Below the pieces are notes generated by a model. It worked only from the letters and a program-made list of their open reading frames with translations, did not search any database and was not told the origin of the DNA. Both the position numbers and the translations under genes were made by a program. From Eledone cirrhosa (Eukaryota), in NCBI GenBank assembly GCA_964016885.1, contig OZ024740.1:139004001-139068000 (forward strand): a stretch of 64,000 nucleotides of DNA. Direction: 5' to 3'. Below are positions 39,001 through 52,278 of this stretch, piece after piece (position 1 is the first letter of the stretch; each line of letters opens with the position of its first letter).

Positions 39001-42000
39001 GTTGTAATTGTTGCTGTTAGTCTTTTTGTTGTTGCAATTGTTGCTGTTAGTCTTGTTGTTGTTGTTAGTCTTGTTGTTGTTGTCATTGTTGTTGTTAGTC
39101 TTGTTGTTGTTGTCATTGTTGTTGTTAGTCTTGTCGTTGTTGTCATTGTTGTTGTTAGTCTTGTTGTTTTTGGCATTGTTGCTGTTAGTCTTGTTGTTGT
39201 TGTCATTGCTGTTGTTAATCTCGTTGTTGTTGTCATTGTTGTTGTTAGTCTTGTTGTTGTTGTCATTGTTGTTGTTAGTCTTGTTGTTGTTGTAATTGTT
39301 GTTGTTAGTCTTGTTGTTTTTGTCATTGTTGCTGTTAGTCTTTTTGTTGTTGTCATTGTTGTTGTTAGTCTTGTTGTTGTTGTCATTGTTGTTGTTACTC
39401 TTGTTGTTGTTGTCATTGTTGTTGTTGTCATTGTTGTTGTTAATCTCGTTGTTGTTGTCATTGTTGTTGTTAGTCTTGCTGTTGTTGTCATTGTTGCTGT
39501 TAGTCTTTTTGTTGTTGTCATTGTTGTTGTTAGTCTTGTTGTTGTTGTCATTGTTGTTGTTGTCATTTTTGTTGTTAGTCACGTTTTTGTTGTCATTGTT
39601 GCTGTTAGTCTTGTTGTTGTTGTCATTGTTGTTATTAGTCTTGTTGTTGTTGTCATTGTTACTGTTAGTCTTGTTGTTGTTGTCATTGTTGTTGTTAGTC
39701 TTGTTGTTGTTTTCATTGTTGCTGTTAGTCTTGTTGTTGTTGTCATTGTTGTTGTTAGTCTTTTTGTTGTTGTCATTGTTGTTGTTAGTCTTGTTGTTGT
39801 TGTCATTGTTGTTGTTGTCATTGTTGTTGTTGTCATTGTTGTTGTTAATCTCGTTGTTGTTGTCATTGTTGTTGTTAGTCTTGGTTAGTCTTGTTGTTTT
39901 TGTCATTGTTATTGTTAGTCTTGTTGTTGTTGTCATTGTTGTTGTTAGTCATGTTGTTGTTGTCATTGTTGTTGTCATTGTTGTTGTTAGTCTTGTTGTT
40001 GTTGTCATTGTTGTTGTTGTCATTGTTGTTGTTAGTCTTGTTGTTGTTGTCATTGTTATTGTTAGTCTTCTTGTTGTCGTCATTGTTGTTGTTAGTCTTG
40101 TTGTTGTTGTCATTATTGTTGTTAGTCTTGTTGTTGTTGTCATTGTTGTTGTTGTCATTTTTGTTGTTAGTCTTGTTGTTGTTGTCATTGTTGCTGTTAG
40201 TCTTGTTGTTGTTGTCATTGTTGTTGTTAGTCTTGTTGTTGTTGTCATTGTTGCTGTTAGTCTTGTTGTTGTTTTCATTGTTGCTGTTAGTCTTGTTGTT
40301 GTTGTCATTGTTGTTGTTAGTCTTGTTGTTGTTGTCATTTTTGTTGTTAGTCTTGTTGTTGTCATTGTTGTTGTTGTCATTGTTGTTGTTAATCTCGTTG
40401 TTGTTGTCATACTTGTTGTTAGTCTTGTTGTTGTTGTCATTGTTATTGTTAGTCTTGTTGTTGTTGTCATTATTGTTGTTAGTCATGTTGTTGTTGTCAT
40501 TGTTGTTGTTAGTCTTGTTGTTGTTGTCATTGTTGTTGTTGTCATTGTTGTTGTTAGTCTTGTTGTTGTTGTCATTGTTATTGTTAGTCTTCTTGTTGTT
40601 GTCATTGTTGTTGTTAGTCTTGTTGTTGTTGTCATTGTTCTTGTTAGTCTTATTGTTGTTGTCAGTGTTGTTGTTAGTATTGTTGTTGTTAGTCTTGTTG
40701 TTGTTAGTCTTGTTGTTGTCATTGTTGTAGTTAGTCTTGTTGTTGTTAGTCTTGTTGTTGTTATCATTTTTGTTGTTAATCTTGTTGTTGTTAGTCTCGT
40801 TGTTAGTCTTGTTGTTGTTGTCAATTTTGCTGTTAGTCTTGTTGTTGTTGTCTTTGTTGTTGTTAGTCTTGTTGTTGTTGTCAGTGTTACTGTTAGTCTT
40901 GTTGTTGTCATTTTTGTTGTTAGTCTGGTTGTTGTCATTGTTGTTGTTAGTCTTGTAGTTGTTGTCATTGTTGTTGTTAGTCTTTTTGTTGTTGTCATTT
41001 TTTTGTTAGTCTTTTTGTTGTTGTCATTGTTGTTGTTAGTCTTGATGTTGTTAGTCTTGTTGTTGTTTTCATTGTTGTTGTTAGACTAATTGTTGTAGTC
41101 ATTGTTGCTGTTAGTCTTGTTGTTGTTGTCATTGTTGTTGTTAGTCTTGTTGTTGTTAGTCTTGTTGTTGTTGTCATTGTTGTTGTTAGTCTTTTTGTTG
41201 TTAGTCTTGTTGTTGTCATTGTTGTTGTTAGTCTTGTTGTTGTCATTGTTGTTCTTAGTCTTGTTGTTGTTAGTCTTGTTGTTGTTGTGTCATTGTTTTT
41301 GTTTGTCTTCTTGTTGTTAGTCTTGTTGTTGTTAGTCTTGTTGTTGTTGTGTTAGTTGTTGTTAGTCTTGTTGTTGTTGTCAGTGTTGTTGTTAGTATTG
41401 TTGTTGTTAGTCTTGTTGTTGTTGTCATTTTTGTTGTCATTGTTGTTGTTAGTCTTGTTGTTGTTAGTCTTGTTGTTGTTGTCATTGTTGTTGTTAGTCT
41501 TGTTGTTGGTGTCATTGCTGCTGTTAGTCTTGTTGTTGTTGTCATTGTTGCTGTTAGTCTTGTTGTTGTTTTCATTTTTGTTGTTAATCTTGTTGTTGTT
41601 AGTCTTGTTGTTGTTGTCATTGTTGCTGTTAGTCTTGTTGTTGTTGTCATTGTTGCTGTTAATGTTTTTGGTGTTGTCATTGTTGTTGTTAGTCTTGTTG
41701 TTGCTGTTAGGCTTGTTGTTGTTGTCATTGTTGCTGTTAGTCTTGTTGTTGTTGTCATTGTTGCTGTTAGTCTTGTTGTTGTTGTCATTGTTGCTGTTAG
41801 TCTTTTTGTTGTTGTCATTGTTGTTGTTAGTCTTGTTGTTGTTGTCATTGTTGTTGTTAGTCTCGTCGTTGTTGTCATTGTTGTTGTTAGTCTTGTTGTT
41901 TTTGTCATTGTTGCTGTTAGTCTTGTTGTTGTTGTCATTGTTGTTGTTAATCTCGTTGTTGTTGTCATTGTTGTTGTTAGTCTTCTTGTTGTTGTCATTG

Positions 42001-45000
42001 TTGTTGTTAGTCTTGTTGTTGTTGTAATTGTTGTTGTTAGTCTCGTTGTTTTTGTCATTGTTGCTGTTAGTCTTGTTGTTGTTGTCATTGTTGTTGTTAG
42101 TCTTGTTGTTGTTGTCATTGTTGTTGTCATTGTTGTTGTTGTCATTGTTATTGTTAGTCTTCTTGTTGTTGTTAGTCATGTTGTTGTTGTCATTGTTGTT
42201 GTTAGTCTTGTTGTTGTCATTGTTGTTGTTGTCATTGTTGTTGTTAGTCTTGTTGTTGTTGTCATTATTGTTGTTAGTCTTGTTGTTGTTGTCATTATTG
42301 TTGTTAGTCTTGTTGTTGTTGTCAGTGTTGTTGTTAGTATTGTTGTTGTTAGTCTTGTTGTTGTTGTCATTGTTGTTGTTAGTCTTGTTTTTGTTAGTCT
42401 TGTTGTTGTTGTCATTTTTGTTGTTAGTCTTGTTGTTGTTGTCATTGTTGCTGTTAGTCTTGTTGTTGTTGTCATTGTTGTTGTTAGTCTTGTTGTTGTT
42501 TTCATTGTTGCTGTTAGTCTTCTTGTTGTTGTCATTGTTGTTGTTAGTCTTGTTGTTGTTGTCATTGTTGTTGTTAGTCTTGTTGTTGTTGTCATTGTTG
42601 TTGTTGTCATTGTTGTTGTTAATCTAGTTGTTGTTGTCATTGTTGTTGTTAGTCTTGTTGTTGTTGTCATTGTTATTGTTAGTCTTCTTGTTGTTGTCAT
42701 TGTTGTTGTTAGTCATGTTGTTGTTGTCATTGTTGTTGTTAGTCTTATTGTTGTCATTGTTGTTGTTGTCATTGTTGTTGTTAGTCTTGTTGTTGTTGTC
42801 ATTATTGTTGTTAGTCTTGTTGTTGTTGTCAGTGTTGTTGTTAGTATTGTTGTTGTTAGTCTTGTTGTTGTTGTCATTGTTGTTGTTAGTCTTGTTGTTG
42901 TTAGTCTTGTTGTTGTTGTCATTGTTGCTGTTAGTCTTGTTGTTGTTGTCTTTGTTGTTGTTAGTCTTGTTGTTGTTGTCCGTGTTGTTGTTAGTATTGT
43001 TGTTGTTAGTGTTGTTGTTGTTAGTGTTGTTGTTGTTGTCATTTTTGTTGTTGTCATTGTTGTTATTAGTCTTGTTGTTGTTAGTCTTGTTGTTGTTGTC
43101 ATTGTTGTAATTAGTCTTGTTGTTGTTAGTCTTGTTTTTGTTAGTCTTGTTGTTGTTAGTCTTGTTGTTGTTGTCATTGTTGCTGTTAGTCTTGTTGTTG
43201 TTTTCATTTTTGTTGTTAATCTTGTTGTTGTTAGTCTTGTTGTTGTAATGGTTGCTGTTAGTCTTTTTGTTGTTGCAATTGTTGCTGTTAGTCTTGTTGT
43301 TGTTGTTAGTCTTGTTGTTGTTGTCATTGTTGTTGTTAGTCTTGTTGTTGTTGTCATTGTTGTTGTTAGTCTTGTCGTTGTTGTCATTGTTGTTGTTAGT
43401 CTTGTTGTTTTTGTCATTGTTGCTGTTAGTCTTGTTGTTGTTGTCATTGTTGTTGTTAATCTCGTTGTTGTTGTCATTGTTGTTGTTAGTCTTGTTGTTG
43501 TTGTCATTGTTGTTGTTAGTCTTGTTGTTGTAATTGTTGTTGTTAGTCTTGTTGTTTTTGTCATTGTTGCTGTTAGTCTTTTTGTTGTTGTCATTGTTGT
43601 TGTTAGTCTTGTTGTTTTTGTCATTGTTGCTGTTAGTCTTGTTGTTGTTATCATTGTTGTTGTTAGTCTTGTTGTTGTTGTCATTGTTGTTGTTACTCTT
43701 GTTGTTGTTGTCATTGTTGTTGTTGTCATTGTTGTTGTTAATCTCGTTGTTGTTGTCATTGTTGTTGTTAGACTTGGTTAGTCTTGTTGTTGTTGTCATT
43801 GTTATTGTTAGTCTTGTTGTTGTTGTCATTGTTGTTGTTAGTCTTGTTGTTGTTGTCATTGTTGTTGTTGTCATTGTTGTTGTTAGTCTTGTTGTTGTTG
43901 TCATTGTTATTGTTAGTCTTCTTGTTGTTGTCATTGTTGTTGTTAGTCTTGTTGTTGTTGTCATTATTGTTGTTAGTCTTGTTGTTGTTGTCATTGTTGT
44001 TGTTGTCATTTTTGTTGTTAGTCTTGTTCTTGTTGTCATTGTTGCTGTTAGTCTTGTTGTTGTTGTCATTGTTGTTGTTAGTCTTGTTGTTGTTGTCATT
44101 GTTGCTGTTAGTCTTGTTGTTGTTGTCATTGTTGTTGTTAGTCTTGTTGTTTTCATTGTTGCTGTTAGTCTTGTTGTTGTTGTCATTGTTGTTGTTAGTC
44201 TTGTTGTTGTTGTCATTGTTGTTGTTAGTCTTGTTGTTGTTGTCATTGTTGTTGTTGTCATTGTTGTTGTTAATCTCGTTGTTGTTGTCATAGTTGTTGT
44301 TAGTCTTGTTGTTGTTGTCATTGTTATTGTTAGTGTTGTTGTTGTTCTCATTGTTGTTGTTAGTCATGTTGTTGTTGTCATTGTTGTTGTTATCTTGTTG
44401 TTGTTGTCATTGTTGTTGTTGTCATTGTTGTTGTTAATCTTGTTGTTGTTAGTCTTGTTGTTGTTAGTCTTGTTGTTGTTGTAATTGTTGCTGTTAGTCT
44501 TTTTGTTGTTGCAATTGTTGCTGTTAGTCTTGTTGTTGTTGTTAGTCTTGTTGTTGTTGTCATTGTTGTTGTTAGTCTTGTTGTTGTTGTCATTGTTGTT
44601 GTTAGTCTTGTCGTTGTTGTCATTGTTGTTGTTAGTCTTGTTGTTTTTGTCATTGTTGCTGTTAGTCTTGTTGTTGTTGTCATTGTTGTTGTTAATCTCG
44701 TTGTTGTTGTCATTGTTGTTGTTAGTCTTGTTGTTGTTGTAATTGTTGTTGTTAGTTTGTTGTTTTTGTCATTGTTGTTGTTACTCTTGTTGTTGTTGTC
44801 ATTGTTGTTGTTGTCATTGTTGTTGTTAATCTCGTTGTTGTTGTCATTGTTGTTGTTAGTCTTGCTGTTGTTGTCATTGTTGCTGCTAGTCTTTTTGTTG
44901 TTGTCATTGTTGTTGTTAGTCTTGTTGTTGTTGTCATTGTTGTTGTTGTCATTTTTGTTGTTAGTCTTGTTGTTGTTGTCATTGTTGCTGTTAGTCTTGT

Positions 45001-48000
45001 TGTTGTTGTCGTTGTTGTTGTTAGTCTTGTTGTTGTTGTCATTGTTGCTGTTAGTCTTGTTGTTGTTGTCATTGTTGTTGTTAGTCTTGTTGTTGTTTTC
45101 ATTGTTGCTGTTAGTCTTGTTGTTGTTGTCATTGTTGTTGTTAGTCTTGTTGTTGTTGTCATTGTTGTTGTTAGTCTTGTTGTTGTTGTCATTGTTGTTG
45201 TTGTCATTGTTGTTGTTAATCTCGTTGTTGTTGTCATTGTTGTTGTTAGTCTTGCTGTTGTTGTCATTGTTGCTGCTAGTCTTTTTGTTGTTGTCATTGT
45301 TGTTGTTAGTCTTGTTGTTGTTGTCATTGTTGTTGTTGTCATTTTTGTTGTTAGTCTTGTTGTTGTTGTCATTGTTGCTGTTAGTCTTGTTGTTGTTGTC
45401 GTTGTTGTTGTTAGTCTTGTTGTTGTTGTCATTGTTGCTGTTAGTCTTGTTGTTGTTGTCATTGTTGTTGTTAGTCTTGTTGTTGTTTTCATTGTTGCTG
45501 TTAGTCTTGTTGTTGTTGTCATTGTTGTTGTTAGTCTTGTTGTTGTTGTCATTGTTGTTGTTAGTCTTGTTGTTGTTGTCATTGTTGTTGTTGTCATTGT
45601 TGTTGTTAATCTCGTTGTTGTTGTCATTGTTGTTGTTAGTCTTGGTTAGTCTTGTTGTTGTTGTCATTGTTATTGTTAGTCTTGTTGTTGTTGTCATTGT
45701 TGTTGTTAGTCATGTTGTTGTTGTCATTGTTGTTGTTAGTCTTGTTGTTGTTGTCATTGTTGTTGTTGTCATTGTTGTTGTTAGTCTTGTTGTTGTTGTC
45801 ATTGTTATTGTTAGTCTCCTTGTTGTTGTCATTGTTGTTGTTAGTCTTGTTGTTGTTGTCATTATTGTTGTTAGTCTTGTTGTTGTTGTCATTGTTGTTG
45901 TTAGTCTTGTTGTTGTTGTCAGTGTTGTTGTTAGTATTGTTGTTGTTAGTCTTGTTGTTGTTAGTCTTGTTGTTGTTAGTCTTGTTGTTGTCATTGTTGT
46001 AGTTAGTCTTGTTGTTGTTAGTCTTGTTGTTGTTGTCATTTTTGTTGCTAATCTTGTTGTTGTTAGTCTTGTTGTTAGTCTTGTTGTTGTTGTCATTGTT
46101 GCTGTTAGTCTTGTTGTTGTTGTCTTTGTTGTTGTTAGTCTTGTTGTTGTTGTCAGTGTTGTTGTTAGTATTGTTGTTGTTAGTGTTGTTGTTGTTGTCA
46201 TTTTTGTTGTTGTCATTGTTGTTATTAGTCTTGTTGCTGTTAGTCTTGTTGTTGTTGTCATTGTTGTAGTTAGTATTGTTGTTGTTAGTCTTGTTGTTGT
46301 TAGTCTTGTTGTTGTTAGTCTTGTTGTTGTTAGTCTTGTTGTTGTTGTCATTGTTGCTGTTAGTCTTGTTGTTGTTTTCATTTTTGTTGTTAATCTTGTT
46401 GTTGTTAGTCTTGTTGTTGTTAGTCTTGTTGTTGTTGTCATTGTTACTGTTAGTCTTTTTGTTGTTGCAATTGTTGCTGTTAGTCTTGTTGTTGTTGTTA
46501 GTCTTGTTGTTGTTGTCATTGTTGTTGTTAGTCTTGTTGTTGTTGTCATTGTTGTTGTTAGTCTTGTTGTTGTTAGTCTTGTTGTTGTTTTCATTGTTGC
46601 TGTTAGTCTTGTTGTTGTCATTGTTGCTGTTAGTCTTGTTGTTGTTGTCATTGTTGTTGTTAGTCTTGTTGTTGTTTTAATTTTTGTTGTTTATCTTGTT
46701 GTTGTTAGTCTTGTAGTTGTTGTCATTGTTGCTGTTAGTCTTTTTGTTGTTGTCATTGTTGCTGTTAGTCTTGTTGTTGTTGTCATTGTTGTTGTTAGTC
46801 TTGTTGTTGTTGTCATTGTTGCTGTTAGTCTTGTTGTTGTTGTCATTGTTGCTGTTAGTATTGTTGTTGTCGTCATTTTTGTTGTTAGTCTTGTTGTTGT
46901 TGTCATTGTTGCTGTTAGTCTTGTTGTTGTTGTCATTTTTGTTGTTAGTCTTGTTCTTGTTAGTCTTGTTGTTGTTGTCATTGTTGTTGTTAGTCTTGTT
47001 GTTGTCATTGTTGTTGTTAGTCGTGTTGTTGTTGTCATTGTTGCTGTTAGTCTTGTTGTTGTTGTCGTTGTTGTTGTTAGTCTTGTTGTTGTTGTCATTG
47101 TTGCTGTTAGTCTTGTTGTTGTTGTCATTGTTGTTGTTAGTCTTGTTGTTGTTTTCATTGTTGCTGTTAGTCTTGTTGTTGTTGTCATTGTTGTTGTTAG
47201 TCTTGTTGTTGTTGTCATTGTTGTTGTTAGTCTTGTTGTTGTTGTCATTGTTGTTGTTGTCATTGTTGTTGTTAATCTCGTTGTTGTCATTGTTGTTGTT
47301 AGTCTTGCTGTTGTTGTCATTGTTGCTGCTAGTCTTTTTGTTGTTGTCATTGTTGTTGTTAGTCTTGTTGTTGTTGTCATTGTTGTTGTTGTCATTTTTG
47401 TTGTTAGTCTTGTTGTTGTTGTCATTGTTGCTGTTAGTCTTGTTGTTGTTGTCGTTGTTGTTGTTAGTCTTGTTGTTGTTGTCATTGTTGCTGTTAGTCT
47501 TGTTGTTGTTGTCATTGTTGTTGTTAGTCTTGTTGTTGTTTTCATTGTTGCTGTTAGTCTTGTTGTTGTTGTCATTGTTGTTGTTAGTCTTGTTGTTGTT
47601 GTCATTGTTGTTGTTAGTCTTGTTGTTGTTGTCATTGTTGTTGTTGTCATTGTTGTTGTTAATCTCGTTGTTGTTGTCATTGTTGTTGTTAGTCTTGGTT
47701 AGTCTTGTTGTTGTTGTCATTGTTATTGTTAGTCTTGTTGTTGTTGTCATTGTTGTTGTTAGTCATGTTGTTGTTGTCATTGTTGTTGTTAGTCTTGTTG
47801 TTGTTGTCATTGTTGTTGTTGTCATTGTTGTTGTTAGTCTTGTTGTTGTTGTCATTGTTATTGTTAGTCTCCTTGTTGTTGTCATTGTTGTTGTTAGTCT
47901 TGTTGTTGTTGTCATTATTGTTGTTAGTCTTGTTGTTGTTGTCATTGTTGTTGTTAGTCTTGTTGTTGTTGTCAGTGTTGTTGTTAGTATTGTTGTTGTT

Positions 48001-49740
48001 AGTCTTGTTGTTGTTAGTCTTGTTGTTGTTAGTCTTGTTGTTGTTAGTCTTGTTGTTGTCATTGTTGTAGTTAGTCTTGTTGTTGTTAGTCTTGTTGTTG
48101 TTGTCATTTTTGTTGCTAATCTTGTTGTTGTTAGTCTTGTTGTTAGTCTTGTTGTTGTTGTCATTGTTGCTGTTAGTCTTGTTGTTGTTGTCTTTGTTGT
48201 TGTTAGTCTTGTTGTTGTTGTCAGTGTTGTTGTTAGTATTGTTGTTGTTAGTGTTGTTGTTGTTGTCATTTTTGTTGTTGTCATTGTTGTTATTAGTCTT
48301 GTTGCTGTTAGTCTTGTTGTTGTTGTCATTGTTGTAGTTAGTATTGTTGTTGTTAGTCTTGTTGTTGTTAGTCTTGTTGTTGTTAGTCTTGTTGTTGTTA
48401 GTCTTGTTGTTGTTGTCATTGTTGCTGTTAGTCTTGTTGTTGTTTTCATTTTTGTTGTTAATCTTGTTGTTGTTAGTCTTGTTGTTGTTAGTCTTGTTGT
48501 TGTTGTCATTGTTACTGTTAGTCTTTTTGTTGTTGCAATTGTTGCTGTTAGTCTTGTTGTTGTTGTTAGTCTTGTTGTTGTTGTCATTGTTGTTGTTAGT
48601 CTTGTTGTTGTTGTCATTGTTGTTGTTAGTCTTGTTGTTGTTAGTCTTGTTGTTGTTTTCATTGTTGCTGTTAGTCTTGTTGTTGTTGTCATTGTTGCTG
48701 TTAGTCTTGTTGTTGTTGTCATTGTTGTTGTTAGTCTTGTTGTTGTTTTAATTTTTGTTGTTTATCTTGTTGTTGTTAGTCTTGTAGTTGTTGTCATTGT
48801 TGCTGTTAGTCTTTTTGTTGTTGTCATTGTTGCTGTTAGTCTTGTTGTTGTTGTCATTGTTGTTGTTAGTCTTGTTGTTGTTGTCATTGTTGCTGTTAGT
48901 CTTGTTGTTGTTGTCATTGTTGCTGTTAGTATTGTTGTTGTCGTCATTTTTGTTGTTAGTCTTGTTGTTGTTGTCATTGTTGCTGTTAGCCTTGTTGTTG
49001 TTGTCATTTTTGTTGTTAGTCTTGTTCTTGTTAGTCTTGTTGTTGTTGTCATTGTTGTTGTTAGTCTTGTTGTTGTCATTGTTGTTGTTAGTCGTGTTGT
49101 TGTTGTCATTGTTGCTGTTAGTCTTGTTGTTGTTGGACTTGTTGTTGTTAGTCTTGTTGTTGTTAGTCGTGTTGTTGTTGTCAGTGTTGCTGTTAGTCTT
49201 GTTGTTGTTAGTCTTGTTGTTGTTGTCATTGTTGCTGTTAGTCTTGTTGTTGTTGGTCGTGTTGTTGTTAGTCTTGTTGTTGTTAATCTTGTTCTTGTTG
49301 TCATTGTTGCTGTTAGTCTTGTTGTTGTTGTCATTGTTGCTGTTAGTCTTGTTGTTGTTGTCATTGTTGCTGTTAGTCTTGTTGTTGTTGTCATTGTTGC
49401 TGTTAGTCTTGTTGTTGTTAGTCGTGTTGTTGTTAGTCTTGTTGTTGTTAGTCTTGTTGTTGTTGTTGTCATTGTTGCTGTTAGTCTAGTTGTTGTTGGT
49501 CGTGTTGTTGTTAGTCTTGTTGTTGTTAGTCTTGTTGTTGTTAGTCTTGTTGTTGTTAGTCGTGTTGTTGTTGTCAGTGTTGCTGTTAGTCTTGTTGTTG
49601 TTAGTCTTGTTGTTGTTGTCATTGTTGCTGTTAGTCTTGTTGTTGTTGTCATTGATGCTGTTAGTCTTGTTGTTGTTGTCATTGTTTTTGTTAGTCTTGT
49701 TGTTGTTAGTCTTGTTGTTGTCATTGTTGCTGTTATCGCA
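1..49740. repeat. Giant (GTT)n-derived satellite array with a 30-bp unit (two 15-bp halves) and higher-order structure; truncated by the left window edge
   Basis: Continuous repetition of AGTCTTGTTGTTGTT and GTCATTGTTGTTGTT. Recurrent variants include gctgtt, aatctcg, actctt, agtcat, gtaatt and gcaatt. The consensus unit is 18 T, 8 G, 2 A, 2 C. Confidence 0.98.
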
Positions 49741-50090
49741 GTCGTTGTTTTTTTAGTTGTTGTTGTTGATATTAGTAATGTTGTTTTTGTTTAGATGCTG
49801 CTGTCGTTACTGTTGTTGTTGTTGTGTGTTTTTTTTTTTTTTTTTTTTGGGGGGGGGGGGGTCTGATGTTGATGTTTTTGATGTTGTTAACGTTGATGTT
49901 GTGGCTGTGGATTCTCTTGCTGCTGCCGATGTTTTTGTCGTTGGTGATGCTAATTATTTTGTTGTTGTAGTTTAGATGCTGCTGACGTTACTGTTGTTGT
50001 TGTTTGTGGGGCAACGTTGTTGATGTTATTGATGATGTTACGGCTGCTGACGATGGTGGTTCTAATGGTGGGAGTGGTGACGTTGATGAG
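49741..50090. repeat. Degenerate edge of the satellite (GTT/GAT/GCT triplets) containing a T20-G13 run and a 35-bp direct repeat
   Basis: Triplet periodicity persists but the 30-mer is lost. T run at 49829-49848, G run at 49849-49861. GTTTAGATGCTGCTG(T/A)CGTTACTGTTGTTGTTGTT occurs at 49789 and 49970. Confidence 0.8.
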
Positions 50091-50094
50091 TGTA

Positions 50095-50340
50095 TAAGGT
50101 AGAAAAGTGTAAAATAATGTAGTAGAATGTAACTGAAAGTAATGTAGTATTAAAAAATGTAATGTAGAGTTGTGTAGCATAATGAAATGTAGCATAATGT
50201 AGTGTCGTATTGTTTCGCTTGATGTAGTATTACATAAGGTGGTGAAGTGTAGCATAATACCGTGCAATTTAATGCAATGTAGTATTATGCAGCTCCATGA
50301 AAGTTTAGTGTGTAAAGTAATGTAATGTATTGTATAGTGA
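50095..50340. repeat. Degenerate pentanucleotide repeat (AATGT/AGTGT/TGTAG-like)
   Basis: Repeated aatgtagtag, aatgtagtat, aatgtagcat, agtgtagcat and aatgtaatgt with 5-bp phasing. Confidence 0.7.
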
Positions 50341-52068
50341 AATATTCCTTATGGGTGGTATAAGAAGCGATTTATTGTTGTTCCACCAATAAAAATAAAT
50401 ATTAACACATCGACTTTTAAGCTGCAGTCTACGAACAAAACATTACGTACAGGAGAGAACGACGTACACATTCCAGTCCTAAAACAATAAAACAAAACAC
50501 AGTCTACAGATTCCCCTGAACTAGAAAAAGGTGTTGCGATTTCTTACACGGAAGAAAACTCCATATTACTTTCACGCCTAACCCTACCAAATGTCCGCAG
50601 TTATGATTTTTGGACACATCAGATTTAGGGAATTTTTATACAAATCAACCCCCAAACCAACGTGGTTGTACGACATGCTAGAGATAGATGTTAAATATCC
50701 CTAAAATCTCACTCTAGCATCTTTAAAAATAGGAAATAGGTTAGATATCGTAGTTCTAGACATACTATTCGGTAAATAATTGTGATGATCGTGAACACTT
50801 TTTAGCATAGGTTTGTTCAATGAAGGCAGATCTGATGCTAAAGAATAATAACAATGATATTTTATCGATCTTTGATACCATTGTTCCAAGTCTCATTAAG
50901 ACAATAACTCATGCGAAGAACTTAGCTTGGAGGCGAGACAAGACTTTCGAACTACTAAATCGTCTTATAAAATCTTATTTATTTATTTATTTCTAGTGTT
51001 TCAAGTGCTTGAACCACCACGTGATATAAATCTGAACCCCTCCGAATGCCAACATGGACTGACTATCAATCTTATACATACATCCAGTAACGTGCCGTGA
51101 AATAAAATGTTAGTGTAAGCAAATGAAAGGTTATGTATTTTTGAGACAGTAGCATCACCCAGTAACATTAACTCTCTCTCAAAAAAAAAATTTAAAAAAA
51201 AACTGATTCGAAAACAAAGTTTATACCATTGTTAATGTATTATATTATATACATTATTATAATAAAAATGTTATAGCAGTCTACGAAACTGTGAAACAGA
51301 AAAAACATTAAATTAATAACAATTTTTATAGGGTAAACAGTGTTTTCTTTGCTTCTAAAGGATACACGCCACTGTAAACAGTAGATATACACTTTCTTTC
51401 AATTAAATCATAAAGATATTTAATATTGGGGACCACAGAGAGAGAATTATACTCGTTTCTGAGTCGACAGAACGAACCAACGACAATGAAAATAAAAGAC
51501 AGTAACAGACATGATAGATTAAGCAGAACGATGTCTTTACGCAATAAAAGTGTCAAACTTCAGAAACGAGATTTGTTAGCCTTCATTGCTGTATATAACT
51601 TGGTACTGGAAGTCACAACAAAGCGTTCCTGTCACGACACATGTCAAAAATATTTTCTGTAACTTGTTCTAACGATATATTCTGTCTTTCCAAAAAGCAT
51701 TTTTCTACTTTCACAAAAATTAAATCCCAAATCCCTCTCTACTCTTTGTTGTTTGGATGATTTGAGATATGATGGAAAGATTTAATGTAGATACGAAATA
51801 ATAACCATGTACTTAGTGACTGGGAATAGTGCACTTAAACAGAAGATAAATCCGAATAATATGGAAAAACTTGAAAGTTCTGTTGCAATTCAACATAACT
51901 CTTGTTAAGAAATGTGCGGCAATGCATTTTGCTTCAGTCACGAAACTGCTAAAAGACTTCACCACCTACCATGTACTCAGATCTGATTTAATCATGAACT
52001 GTATAGCTATTCACTACTCCTTTCTTTCCATCTCTCCTCTCCATCCACCGCCTCTCGCATCTCTCATC

Positions 52069-52278
<210 letters not shown>

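Noticed and set aside
1-49740. Telomeric or CRISPR interpretation of the array
   Set aside because: There are no tandem TTAGGG/TTAGG units (TTAGG is only a rare variant), and the G/T strand points toward unique DNA. There are no unique spacers and no cas genes.
933-49794. Very long ORFs encoding Asn-rich (TNNNNDNNNK), Thr-rich mucin-like, poly-Val or poly-Leu proteins
   Set aside because: The 30-mer puts stops in only one frame per strand, so four frames are open by construction. All four are broken by stops and phase shifts, and there is no unique N- or C-terminal domain. Only expression or proteomic data could revive this.
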